From: Convolutriloba macropyga
Lineage: Eukaryota
Direction of reading: 5' to 3'
Length of the DNA stretch: 64,000 nucleotides
Assembly: GCF_964194025.1 (NCBI RefSeq)
Contig: NC_134482.1
Span: forward strand, 17,794,001 to 17,858,000
Shown piece by piece: positions 35,641 through 48,170 of this stretch (positions are counted from its first letter, which is position 1; every line of letters starts with the position of its first letter). Both the position numbers and the translations under genes were made by a program. The notes under the pieces are model-generated. The model made no database searches. It worked only from the letters and a program-made list of their open reading frames with translations, and had not been told where the DNA came from.

Positions 35641-36608
35641 GAATACTAACTTATTGCCAGCAGAGGCAACACACACAACTCCAGACCTGTTTGAAAAATA
35701 GCCTCTCCTTATTACCTTTGACAATGCTTTTACACAAAAGGCTGGTCCATCATATTCACCGGATGGTCCAATGCTGGAATTTGAAGTTGTTGGCGACAGG
35801 AACAACTTTATTGATTTGCAAAAATTTCTACTTGAAATAAAATGCAAAATCACGAGAACCAATGACGCCGATTTGAGAACAGGTGCTGATGCAACGAACA
35901 CAGATTTGCCGTATTTTAGCAAAAACGCACTGCATTCTCTGTTTTCAGAGTGTACAGTCTCGTCAGGCGGTGAAATTGTCAAATACAAACGGCAACTACG
36001 CACACAAGGCTTTCATAGAAACAGAGTTCTCATCCGGAAAAACAGCCGAGAACACTTGGTTAGTCTTTCAAGGCTATTATGAAGACGAACCGGCTAAAAT
36101 TTATGGAGCTGACAACAGCTCTACTGAAGTTGCTGCACGAAAAGGTTTTGCTGACTCTCTGGAATTTTTTCTCCTTGGAAAATCGGCCAGTGATATATTG
36201 AACTGTGACAAACATCTCAGTGGTGTTACCCTAAGCATCTCCTTCAGAAGGTCACCAAATGATTTTACCGTCATATCCGAATCTATACAGAGTAAAAATT
36301 GTTGAAGCAAATCTTTACGTGCGCAAAATTACCGTGGCTGACCATGTTTTGTCTGCGATTGAAAAAACTTTGCTTAAAACACCAGCTTTCTACTGGTACA
36401 CGGAGGTTACTTCAACACGGGAGGCTTCACACGATTTCATTCATCCTGAATTTACGAATTGTTCAATTTCAGTGGAGCTCACTTTTGGAATTCCTTTGGG
36501 TGACAACGTTGAAGTTTTATTCCTAGGGGAACGAAGTTCAAATTTTACGTCAACTCTGAACGAAAAGTTACAAGAAACTCGTTTATTACATATCCGGTTG
36601 ATGGATAA
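35639..36608 (+). pseudogene. Maverick major capsid protein (double jelly-roll), with stops, frameshifts and an internal deletion
   Basis: DLFEK, GPMLEFEVVGDRNNFIDL, NALHSLFSEC, NYAHKAFIET, KIVEANLYVRK, SISVELTFGIPL; the segment between YWYTEV and the C-terminal strands is missing. Confidence 0.88.
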
Positions 36609-37027
36609 TTTTGAGATAAGTTATCTAGTAAGTATATGTTTTCATCTGAAGCACAAGTTTTTCGGAGTTTTGCAGCTAATAATTTTCCAAGACTGCCAGT
36701 TAATTGTTTTGTTGTGGTCAATGCCTCAATTTTAACATCATCGGGTAGTCATTGGCTACTGATTTGTAACTAAAAAAAAACAATTTACTTTGCTGATCCA
36801 CTTGGGCAGGCACTGGATTGCTACCATTTTGTATACACTCGACTGCTGCAGTTCTACTTCGAAGAAGAGGTTGTTAAATTTCTCAGATTACAGCCAATTC
36901 AGAACACAAATTCAAAACTTTGAACTCTTTTGTATTTATTTTCCTCATTATTTTTACATATAGCTATCCATATAAACACTACATGAATGATGATGATTTA
37001 CTACGATTTGCTAAGCATATAGTGTAA
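36601..37027 (+). pseudogene. Maverick adenain-like cysteine protease, copy 1
   Basis: FFGVFAANNFP, VVNAS...GSHWLL, YFADPLG, IQNTNSKL[CG lost]LFCIYF; the His-Asp-Gln-Cys layout is recognisable, with frameshifts. Confidence 0.88.
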
Positions 37028-37192
37028 TAAAAATAAATAACTTAATTTTTTCAGTAACAATTGTTTTATAAATCAGATGTATTTTTTCCTTTGAAGCTAG
37101 ATGGCTCGGTTTTTTTCTTTATTGTTGGAAAAGTTGGATTAATTTTTTTAATTCAAATCGGTAGTTAATTTTTACACTATCATTATCAGCTT

Positions 37193-37744
37193 TCAGACAG
37201 CCATATCTACTATTAATAATATCAATAATTTTTGAGAGTTTGCAAATGAACTGTTCTGATAAATTTTTAAAAATCGATTAAAAGTACAAGTTGGTAGAAA
37301 ATCAGTTTGCACATGAACATTCTCTTTGATAGTTTCCAGTTCCAAAACATTTGGAAGTTTTCTTTTAGAGCTAAATAAATCTAGCTGATGTTGGTGATTA
37401 TAAATGACTGCTTGCTCCAATTTCTCAAAAATTTCACCGTGAAGAGTGACGTTGATAGATTGTGATTTGTGCAGTAGAAGTCTGAAGCATGTGTATAGGC
37501 AAGAAATCGAATAGAGCTTTGAAGCAACTTTTTTGAGACTATCTGTTACTTGATCCAAAGCTGCAATAACATGATAATGTTCTTATTTTATTTCATAAAG
37601 GTTGTTATTCTCATGCAAACTGTAAGCAAAACTGTTGTTGATTTCTTTATCAAGTATTGGCTCAGTGCTGCAGATAAAATAGTGAAGTTACTATGGAAAC
37701 TGTCGAAAGAACTCAGGTGTTCGTTCAAACATAGCCTCAACCAT
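37193..37744 (-). pseudogene. Maverick accessory ORF with an HUH-like motif, copy 1
   Basis: One frame from ATG 37744 with in-frame stops: MVEAMFERTPEFF...FAYSLHENNNLYEIK*EHYHVIAAL...; continues into ORF 37193-37558. Confidence 0.45.
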
Positions 37745-38372
37745 TACTAATAATGTGTGTCGCTCTCAGCACTTCTCTTCGCTTTCTTTTTTGGTCGATC
37801 AACAACCTGAGTTGATTTATTTCGCCAAGAAAACTTGGTTAGTTTGTCAAGGCTATTATAATGAAGACGAACCGGCTAAAATTTATGGCGCTGACAACAG
37901 AGCAACTGATGTTGCTGCACGAAAAGTTTTTGCTGACTCTCTGGAAAACCGGCCAGTGATATATTGAACTGTGACAAACATCTCAGTGGTGTTACCCTAC
38001 GCATCTCCTTCAAAAGGTCACCAAATGATTTTGCCGTCATATCGGCATCTATACAGAGTAAGTATTGTTGAAGCAAATCTTTACGTGCGCAAAATGACCG
38101 TGGCTGACCATGTTTTGTCTGCGATTGAAAAAACTTTGCTTAAAACACCAGCTGTCTACTGGTACACGGAGGTTACTTCAACACCGGAGGCTTCGCACGA
38201 TTTCATTCATCCTGAATTAACAAATTGTTCAATTTCAGTGGAGCTCACTCTTGGAATTCCTTTGGGTGACAGCGTTGAAGTTTTATTCCTAGGGGAACGA
38301 TGTTCAACTTTTTGCGTCAACTCTGAACGAAAGGTTACAAAAAACATTACTAAAAAATTACATAACCGGTTG

Positions 38373-38795
38373 ATGGATAATTTTGAGATAAATTATCTTG
38401 TAAGTAAATGTTTTCATCTGAAGCACAAGTTTTGCGGAGTTTTTGCAGCTAATAATTTTCCAAGACTGCCAGATAGCTGCTTTGCTGTGGTCAATGCCTC
38501 AATATCAACATCATCGGGTAGTCATTGGCTACTGATTTAAAAAAAAAACAATATACTTTGCTGATCCACTTGGGGAAGCACTGGATTGCTACCATTTTGT
38601 ATACACTCGACTGCTGCAGTTCTACTTCGAAGAAAAGGTTTTTCAATTCCTCAGATTACAGCCAATTCAGAACACAAACTCAAAACTTTGAACTCTTTTG
38701 TATTTATTTTGCTCATTATTTTTACATATAGCTATCCATATAAACACTACATGAATGATGATGATTTACTACGATTTGCTAAGCATATAATGTAA
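38373..38795 (+). pseudogene. Maverick cysteine protease, copy 2
   Basis: MDNFEINYLVSKCFHLKHKFCGVFAANNFPRLPDSCFAVVNASISTSSGSHWLLI, then a frameshift. Confidence 0.85.
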
Positions 38796-38962
38796 TATAA
38801 AACAATAATTTAATTTTTTTTTCAGTAACAACTCTTTTTATAAATTAGTTGTATTTTTTCCTTTGGAGCTAGATGGCTTGGTTTTTTCTTTTTTGTTGAA
38901 AAAGCTAGATTAATTTTTTAATTCAAATCGAAAGTTAATTTTTACACTATCATTATTAGCAA

Positions 38963-39525
38963 TCAGACACCCATATCCACTAATAATAATATCAATAATG
39001 TTTGAGAGTTCTGCATATGAACTGTTCTGATAAATTTATAAAAATCGATTAAAAGTACAAGTTGGTAGAAAATCAGTTTGCACATGAACATTCTCTTTGA
39101 CTCTTTGATAGTTTCCAGTTCCAAAACATTTGGAAGTTTTCTTTTAGAGCCATATAAATCTAGCTGATGTTGGTGTTTATAAATGACTGCTTGCTCCAAT
39201 TTCTCAAAAATTTCACCGTGAAGAGTGACGTTGATAGATTGTGATTTATGCAGTCGAAGTCTGAAGCATGTGAATAGGCAAGGAATCGAATAGGGCTTTG
39301 AAGCATTTTTTTGAAACTATCTGTTACTTGATTCAAAGCTGCAATAACATGATAATGTTGTTATTTTATTTAATAAAGGTTGTTATTCTCATGCAAACTG
39401 TAAGCAAAACTGTTTTTGATTTCTTTATCAAATATTGGCTCAGTGCTGCTGATAAAATAGTGAAATTACTTTGGAAACTGTCGAAAGAACTCAGGTGTTC
39501 GTTCAAACATAGCCTCAACTATTAC
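38963..39525 (-). pseudogene. HUH-like accessory ORF, copy 2
   Basis: FAYSLHENNNLY*IK*QHYHVIAAL (HYH at 39349-39357); duplicate of 37193-37744. Confidence 0.4.
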
Positions 39526-39586
39526 TAATACTGTGTGTCGATCTCAGCACTTTTCTTCGCTTTTTTGATCAATCAACAACCTGAAT

Positions 39587-39971
39587 TTATTTATTTCTAT
39601 TTGTATCCGACGAGAAAGCGAGATGATAACGTCGTTTTCTTCCCGTTGTCTTATTCCCTTCTTTTTTCGTAGATTCCTCTGACTCTCCAGTCTTTATTAT
39701 TTCACAGAGTGTTTTGTAGCTTTGACTTAATTGTTCAATCTCAGCTAAAGATAGTGTAATTGTCTGGTTGAACTTGAAACCACTGTTTTCTTTTGTTATT
39801 GTTTTTATTGTCTTGGATTGTATCACGGAAGTTATCCTTTTTGAAAATTGTTACCGTTATATATGTCCCAGTAGTGTCGTAAGTTTTTACACATGCAGCT
39901 ACTTGACGTTTTTCTGCGCAGGTAATATCGTGAGAAAAATCGAAGAAGGAACAATCGTTAACCACTGACAT
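39587..39971 (-). pseudogene. Possible PC4-like protein whose start lies inside the right TIR
   Basis: MSVVNDCSFFDFSHDITCAEKRQVAACVKTYDTTGTYITVTIFKK / FKFNQTITLSLAEIEQLSQSY; beta-rich region followed by an ITLSxxE helix and a basic tail. Confidence 0.35.
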
Positions 39972-41239
39972 AATTTGTTTATAATTTAAACTCCAACTGA
40001 AACTCAAACAATTTCTTATGAGTCTGCTCTATTGCTATATAAGTATCTTGTTAAACTATAATAACACCACCCAATGCAGACAGTTCAACATGTAAACCTA
40101 TTCCGAAATAATTCGTTGACACTCGGACGATCGATCGTCCAAGCACAATCGATTACGACGATTACTCGTGTAAAATGAATTTTGGCAGTTACCATAAAAG
40201 TTAGTCATAGTATACAGTTAATTCTAAAAATAGACTGGTGACTCAGATAGTTCTAGCGACAACAACAGCAACCTCTCATCAGCAAATATTTGAGCAGACT
40301 GACTGATAGCAACAGAAATGAGGAATACAACAAAGACTCTACGTTTTTGTTTCAACTAGTTAGTAAGCCGTGATTGATGACTAAGTTTTGTGATATGGGT
40401 TATAATTCTATATACTGAGGAAATAACAAGATGAACGTTGTGAGTACTGCAAAATTTTGAAGTTTTCCAAGTTTTTTGTTCGATAGACGAAATTCATCAG
40501 TTAAGATGAGGTCCACAAAAAATAATCTTTGCGACCTGAAACGCTGGGCAAAATACATTTCCTGCAATTTTCATACCTAAAAATTTTCATATTTTTACTA
40601 CATTTTCAAAGTTGTTTTCGATGAGACCCACAAGGTGAGATAAGGTCAACAAAAAAAATCATGTTTGAGACCTGAAACCCGGCGCAAAATACATTTCATG
40701 CAATTTTAAAACTTAAAAATTTTCAAATTTTTGCAAAATTTTCCAAAGTTTTTTTCGATGATGAGGCCCACTAGGTGAGATGAGGTCAACAAAAAATCAT
40801 CTTTGAGACTTGAAACACGGCGCAAATTGCATTTCATGCAATTTTAGAACATCAAGATTTTTCAAAATTTTTCTTTTCAAATATTTTTTCATTTAATAGT
40901 CTCACCTGAGCTAATGACAAGATGACAACCACTAAAAGAGCAGCGCTACTTCACACTTAACATCCAGAACAAACCATTCACACCAAAAACGTCAAAAAGG
41001 ATCCAATCGGTCAAAAAAATGTGTGTTACTGGGCACGCTACGGGGGGTGATATTTGGGTATTACTGTGTTCGCAATGGGGGGAACACGAATTTTTTTTGT
41101 ATTTTTTGGCGGTTGGCCTGCCAAAACGCCAAAAAATTGCCAAAATTTCAAAAAAAAATTTTCGTATCCCCCCGTTGCGAACACAGTAACATCCAAATGT
41201 CCCCCACCCGTTGCGTGCCCAGTAAGACACCTTACTACT
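39895..41239 (-). repeat. Right TIR of the Maverick with intact AGTAGT terminus and terminal fold-back
   Basis: Inverted copy of the left TIR; 41021-41090 and 41161-41230 are inverted repeats of each other; ends in TACTACT at 41239. Confidence 0.9.
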
Positions 41240-42090
41240 GATATATCTATAAAAATTACAAAAAATTTTCCAAGTTTTTCTCTGCTAGCTTTTGTCAAAT
41301 TTTAATTTCCCCAAGACGCAAGTTTATTATTGCAAAAATATCAGAAAAGTTTTTTTCTTTGACCATGTATTTGGCTTGTGGCCATTACAGCCAGCCCATC
41401 AGACCCCCTCCCCGATCCAAGTTTAGCGGAGGAAGGGCATCTACTCACCAATTAAATCAGATTTTTCGAGCTGACTGTTTGACAGCAAAACCATTGACTG
41501 CAAAACTTGTGCAAACTCTACAGTGTTCTAAGAAGTTGAACTAAAAACATTGACAGTTTCGAACGGGAAATTGTGTAAACTTTTTAAAAATTAAAAACTG
41601 AACGCACTTTTTTATTTAAAAATCCGAGTTGAAGATGAGCTCTACTTAGGACATTTTGGGGCCTTAAAATTGGAGGCTATTTTAATTGCTCTGAAACAAA
41701 GATTGTAGCAACTGTATTAGTCCTGTGGTCTTTTATTCGATTTCTTCTCTTGACCATTTTTTCGTCTGACCCTTTTATTTTCTTCCTCAAAAACGGGGTA
41801 AACAGTTGAAGTCCGGGGGCATTATTTGGCTGGGCAGCTCTCTCAGAGCCTTACGCCGTTCTAGTCTCTAAGTATGCGATCCACCAAAACTGTTTTGAGG
41901 AGATCATTTCATGGTGTGAAGTGGGGTTCGCAATGTTAAATGTTTCAGCTCCCTCAGCCAACCCCCAGTTGAACCCCGATCGCGTTCCTTGAGCCCCCCT
42001 CGCGTCCATTGGGTAATGTGTCTAAAAATTGAAAATTTCGCAAATGACTGTTGAATTTTTTATTTGAGCAATAGATCCATCTTTCTCTTC

Positions 42091-42092
<2 letters not shown>

Positions 42093-42157
<65 letters not shown>
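42093..42157. repeat. (AG)n microsatellite, about 32 units
   Basis: Perfect dinucleotide run. Confidence 0.98.
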
Positions 42158-42159
<2 letters not shown>

Positions 42160-45100
42160 TTGGCGAATCATTTTGCGCCGTCTATTGTTCAAGTGCAAAA
42201 TTGTTTAAGGGTTGGGAAAACTTCTGAGAATATTTGATCTCAATCGTAATAGTTCACGTTGTAGGTCTTATTTGGTTTTTTGCATGCTTTTCGAAAGTCT
42301 GATGCTGTTATTATTAGGATAATATTGTTTTTTATAGTTAAAATTTTTTTATTTTTTGTTAAAATTATTGTTTCAATTGGTTTTAAAATTTTGGACAAAT
42401 TTGGGTCAGCTTTACACATATCATCAACTGTGCCTTATTTTACTGTCATTGCATTACGTCACCAGGGTTGAGTTCGCTAGTTTGTGTCTTGATAAAGCAA
42501 TTGTTCACAATGCTGTTTCAGATTCGGAATCATTAGGCGCTGAGAAATCGAAATGAGTCTCGAGATGAAGTTTTTTTCCTGATTTCAATGCAATTAGTTC
42601 CTCCGTATGCTTCGGAAGTTGAAGCAAGAATTTCCGTGCAAGCCAATCTAGTCGTATCGATTGAGGTGCTTCATTTTTAAGGACCCCGTAAAGAAGCTCT
42701 AATTGGAGAAGTTATGGCGTCCTGTAAAATTAAAAAAAATGTAACAAATTTATCATTTTTATAGTTAGAATTTTGTCAGGTCATAGGGTAGTGGATAAGA
42801 AACCAAATAACAGCTATTAAATTACACCAAATTGTCCCGAGAAATCTAATATGTTGGTTTCTGTACAAATGTCTTCAAGCCCAACCGTCCGGAGATTAAT
42901 TTTTTAATGGAATGATACTTTGAAAACGTGCATATAGAGGTGAGAAAAGAATGAGGTAGTCACCGTACTCGGCTAAAACCAAAAAAATGAAAATTTTGCA
43001 AGCCCCAAAAACAAAATTCTCATTGAAATTTAGAGCCTGCTCGCCTCACTGGAAGCTAATTCAGAATAGTCCGCACCCTAGAACCGACAAAATTTAAATT
43101 TCAATTTTTCCTAATAGATTTTAAAGTTTAACTCTTTTGCAGGAAAAAACAACAAACGAAAATAATCCATGTTTTTATGGTTGAGCCATAATAGCAAGTA
43201 TTATCCACATTTCCGCAATTTCTCTCTCACTTAGTCAATTTTTGGATCAGTTGTGCAAAAATTCTCCGAAGCAAGCTTGATATCCTTCCAAAATATACTA
43301 TCAGATCTCTGCACAAGACGTCACAGCTTATCAGCGTCATTTAAAACTATTTAAAAAACTCACAATTTTCGAGTTTTTCTCTTTTTTGTCAAGAAAATTC
43401 AATTATTATCATAGAATCAAATTGAGTCTCCACACGTATAATATCCGATTCCCAGATGAAAGATGCAAAAACTAAAACTTCCAAACTTTTGTGTTGATAT
43501 TATATGTTGTTTTCTTCATCCAATTAAGCCTTTTAAATCCTATTTACCTAACTGTTGATGTTTCTTAAGCTCACTGTTCTGCTATTTTTTATCAACGTTT
43601 CCGGGGCAAGAAATCAAGAGGACGCATTTTTTTGTACTGTTGGTGAAAAATGTTTTTTTTTGTGAATTTTTTGAACTCGAGTGGAAGCGAAAGATGCCCT
43701 CCAATTGACATTTCTTACGATATTTATCTTCTAGTTCTTCTTGGGATCTAAATTGTTTGGATATACAATATTTATTCCTTCAAATAATCCATTCAGTGGC
43801 CCCTTCTTTCGGATTTCTTTAATTTTGTTAATGATTTTGTGCTTTACGTTCAAACTTAAAACTGATCTTCTTTTTATACCAGAAAGCGACACACCTTGTT
43901 GCGTGGGATAACCGCAAGTTTAAAAAATTAAGTTGCCTTCTTTTGTGCGTATCTGAGTACACTGTCATCTAGCCTTCTAACCAAACAAAATGAAAGCCAG
44001 CGGCAATTCTGCTGAAACAATCATTTTTTTGAAAACTACTTTCTTGTCTATCAATGAATCTCAACAAGGAAGCCTTAATGTAATGGAAAACAGTAATAAA
44101 TCAAATATTGATATCGATGCTCGCAGATGAAAAAATTGATTATGTCGATATTTTCCCTTTTTTTTAACTTCAAGGAAGGTTGAAAAGATGAACGCAGTTT
44201 AGTTTTTCTGAGCATTTTCGTTGTTGCTTCAATGTAAAAGTCAAGCTAGTTGACGGCACGTCTATCTTTTTTATCTGGATTGCGAAGTTGTAAATTGGAA
44301 CAAATATAACCAGATGGATAACAATAGTTAGAATAATAATAATAAAAAATTTAGGTCACATCTTTGGTTGTTGAAACCTGGCCCTTTGACAATAGAGCAC
44401 CTTTTGTTTTTAATTTCAATGGATTATGTGAACTTGTTTCTAACATAAAATTAAGAGACTACGATTCAAAATAATTTTACGTTCTTGAACGATGGACAGG
44501 ATTATTTTGTGTGGGTGGCCGCTGTTTTGTCTGCTTTCATTGGACTATTTTGTCTGGGAATATTTTGCAATTTGGGACTGTTTTGTCCGGATAAGAATTG
44601 TTGACATTATTTGAGAATGATAGATGGAAAAGGCTCTTTTGAGAGACCTGATCTCAGTGTTAGTGATTGAGCGTGATTTATGTGAGTACGATTGGATTTG
44701 TGGCCAAGAGATTTACGGGGCGTTTACAGTTTCATCGATTGGTGGTTATTCTTGAGTGATGGTAGCTTAAACATTTATAATCTCATTAAAACCAGGGTAA
44801 AAACATTGTAGGGGAAAAACAGGGGTGGTGTTAATTGATAGTGAGGTGATTTAATCAGGGTTCAGTTTTGGGAAATTGGGGATCGTATTAAAATGGCGTG
44901 AAGTGATTTGGGTTATTCTTTGTACACTTAATCGGTCGCATAAGACGATGTCTGGTATACAATCGTGTCAAAGATTAGATAAATAAATGGATCATTTTAT
45001 CGCTACCGATTCTTTGTCTGCCTATCTTTTGCTGTTAATAAGAAATGAGAGGTATTGTGAACGTTTTTGTAAGCTGTCCGTAGAGTTGATTCTTTTTTTA

Positions 45101-48100
45101 TAAAGAGTTGATTTTTTTTTCGTCAACTGTCCGCCAGTATATGACGCTTGTTTTTCTGCTGATAGCATTGTCTACCCTCGTGACCCTCAAATTAGATATA
45201 TTAGTAATTTATCTGAATCGCGCGTGAACTAAGTTTTAGATCCTACGAATATTCAATTGAGTATGAATCCCTAGCATCTTTAACCTAAACCCAACGGTTC
45301 CCTTATTTTGAATGTTCATTTTAGCAACTGAATACCAGTTAAAATTTGGGACAAATACGTAAAAAGGGATGAATGTTTGGGGGTGAAAGGCGAGACATTG
45401 TTAAATTTATAGGTCTTCGTGGACTTTTTCCTTCATGGCCGTGAATCGAGACTTATTTCTGTGGAATTTCAACTTCCATTCATAAGACTCTACTTACGGT
45501 CACAATAGAAATTATCCGATTCTGAATATTCTGAAAAATATAAACAGGAATCAACAATGACAGACTTACCAACAATTTGACGAGTCGTGGGTTTTGTTTG
45601 CTGTTTATTACCACAAAAGCACGTGAAAAATGATCAATTTTGGTTTGAACTTTGTTGTTTGTGAAAACTTTCGCAGCCTTGATCAGATGCTGCTGTTTAC
45701 ATCGGTTGAGAATTGCTTAATTAGAGGTGATTCGATGTTAGAGGTTGAATTTCACTTGAATCCATTTTCAAAGTTTTGTTTTGGAGTCAGATTTTGTCGC
45801 CGCTCGGCCTTGCTTAGATTGTTTTATTTGAGTTCTCAAATGTTTCTGGGTTTGAAAGTCGAGAAATGTGAAGTTAGGCCAAGGTTGAGACTCAACAAAG
45901 TTGACTTAATTTTGATGGCAATTGAGGTGTGGGTCTGATTCTGATTTCGGAATGTAGTTGATCAAATGAATGATCTTGTGAAGTGGGACTGTATTTATAC
46001 TTCTTGATTCTTTTGTGTTACTGCTAACAATACGAACTTTGGGCTATTTTGATGTATAGAACCCTATTGTATGCGTCTGTGTGTGCTTTGTGTTTTGTGT
46101 GGGTGCCGTGTCTTTTGTGTTTTAAAGGGTTGAGTTGAGGTTTGAAGTTTTCGACCCTCTTTTCTTAGTTGTTCGGTAAGATGATCGGAAAAACTGGTTG
46201 CTGGTTTACAAACCCTAATATGCGGCTAACTTTATTATAATTTGCAAAGTAGTTATTTGATGAAAAACTATTTTGAGATAGAACTGCAATATTTCAATTG
46301 GAGTTACATACTTGGTCTGATCGTATCGAAAGAGCGACTTTTCAAATTTAAGTGACAAATCATAAATTAATTATGTGATATTTTTACTGTTCTTCGGCTA
46401 TGTTTGACCAAGAATGTTGCACACTAACGCGCAGTTAAGTGTCTTTCGATCAGTTAATATTAAGAGAGATAGAAATTAATGATTTCGGTGTGTTTGTTAG
46501 GTTAGTTAAGGTAATTATGATAAGTAGATATTCTGCTAATGGCCTGCGTACTTTGAGATTGACTGTGTTAGTTCTTAGGTCAAATGGTGAATGTTGGCCT
46601 TAATTTAAGTGTTGGTTTTGCTTTGATTATCTCGATTGAATCACAACATAATGTGTCCCTTTTGTCTCCCTCTAGCCGCCAAAATAGCTACCTACCATTC
46701 ACAGCATTTATGACTAATGTCATTGGTATTGAACCAAGATACTGTGGTGCTACTTTTCGATTAAGATGTAATCTTGTCTAGTTAAGACAACAAGTATTAA
46801 AATCATCCTAATAATTGGGAAACGTCAAAATTGGGATCCCCTACCTAACAAACAAACTTTGGGTTTTTTGAGAAATTCTCAAAAGTTATTTTGTATAATG
46901 CGTGCTATCAGTAAGATTTGAACCAGATAACTGTTCAACCGTACTTGAGTTCTTAGAAAAAATCTTCAAAGATTTTTCACTAGTTTGCAAGATCTCAATG
47001 TACCATCATTAGTTCTTAAGAAGCATCTTCCAAATGTTTCTCTTTCAATTTTTTAAACAAAGCTCGAATGGCATTATGGAAATGTTTTAAGTTTTCATAG
47101 TATCACTGTCACATTTGATTTATTTATTTTCCCTGCTCTGACCTACTATAACTTTTTGGGAATTCAAAGTTTTTGTGTCCGCGTACTAACTCCGGTTTAT
47201 AATAAAACTCGGAAATGTTTTTAAGAAACCTAACACAAGCGACTAGCATTGTACCCTGCAAATTTTGAGTATTTTTTTATGTAAAAATGTTCGTATATGG
47301 ACATAATATGTTCGCCTAATATAATGATTATATTTGATGCAAGCTTATGCCTGTAAAGAACGCACAAAGTATAATCTAATTTCATATATTTCTTCTGGAA
47401 TCTATTTGTTCTATTGTGACCTAAACATGCTTAGAGAAATTAGAACAAAAAATTCAGAGCAAACTAAAGTGATTTGAGATTAAGATTGGTATCCTTCTTC
47501 TCTTTCCTTAGCTGAGTGATCTTCGGAACTTAAATTACTTCATCTTTGGCTGTCAGCTCGGCCATATAAATTTTACCTTGGTCGCTCGCATCTGAAGATT
47601 CGATTTTGTCCTCTAAAGATTCCTCTTGTTTTTTTAAAGTGTTTTAATAAAGGAAGAATTAATTTCTCCAATGAAAAATATACAAATTACTGCACAATAT
47701 CATATTCCATTGGAGGGGACAGACAACGGGGCTATAGACACCCACTTTTGAGTCTACTCCAGAGTTGAATATGTAAAAACCATTACTATAATTCGAAGAG
47801 AAAAAATATACAAAATTACGCTGTTTGAGAGATAGGCCATGTGACACAAAATTTAAAAATCAAATACAAATCTTGCAAGTTCGTGATTGCATACTAAAAA
47901 TGAACCTTTCAACTTATTTCAAAAATTAGAAATTTTGCTTGACGTATTCGCTTCAAAGTCTGGCGGAACAGTTTCTAGGCTTTTCAATTTATAACTTTCT
48001 TGCACGAAATTTGATTGAACAGTGCTCTATTTTATTTTTGCAGAAAGGTTGTTTGAGTGAGGTTGTCTTTTTGTTTATCTTATGCACAATTTACATTTTC

Positions 48101-48170
48101 TTGTTATTTCTTAACCTTCTAACATGAAATTACTATTTCAGAAATTGTTAATGTGCGCAGTTTTGGAGCG

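Larger units (their letters stand above)
37831..39597 (+). repeat. Tandem duplicate of ~36052-37822 (MCP 3' part, protease, HUH-like ORF)
   Basis: Colinear near-identical sequence restarts at ACTTGGTTAGT...CAAGGCTATTAT and ends at ATCAACAACCTGA; period about 1.78 kb. Confidence 0.92.
28105..41239 (+). mobile_element. Decayed Maverick/Polinton (adintovirus-like) endogenous element
   Basis: Long TIRs; right end ...CCTTACTACT reads AGTAGT on the other strand; remnants of integrase, ATPase, minor and major capsid and cysteine protease, all carrying stops, frameshifts or deletions. Confidence 0.93.

Noticed and set aside
40946-41305. Several overlapping ORFs on both strands with repeated YCVRNGG
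   Set aside because: They are translations of the palindromic TIR end, not genes.
44600-46800. Possible highly decayed minus-strand LINE (strand-skewed composition)
   Set aside because: I could not recover convincing APE or RT motifs by eye.
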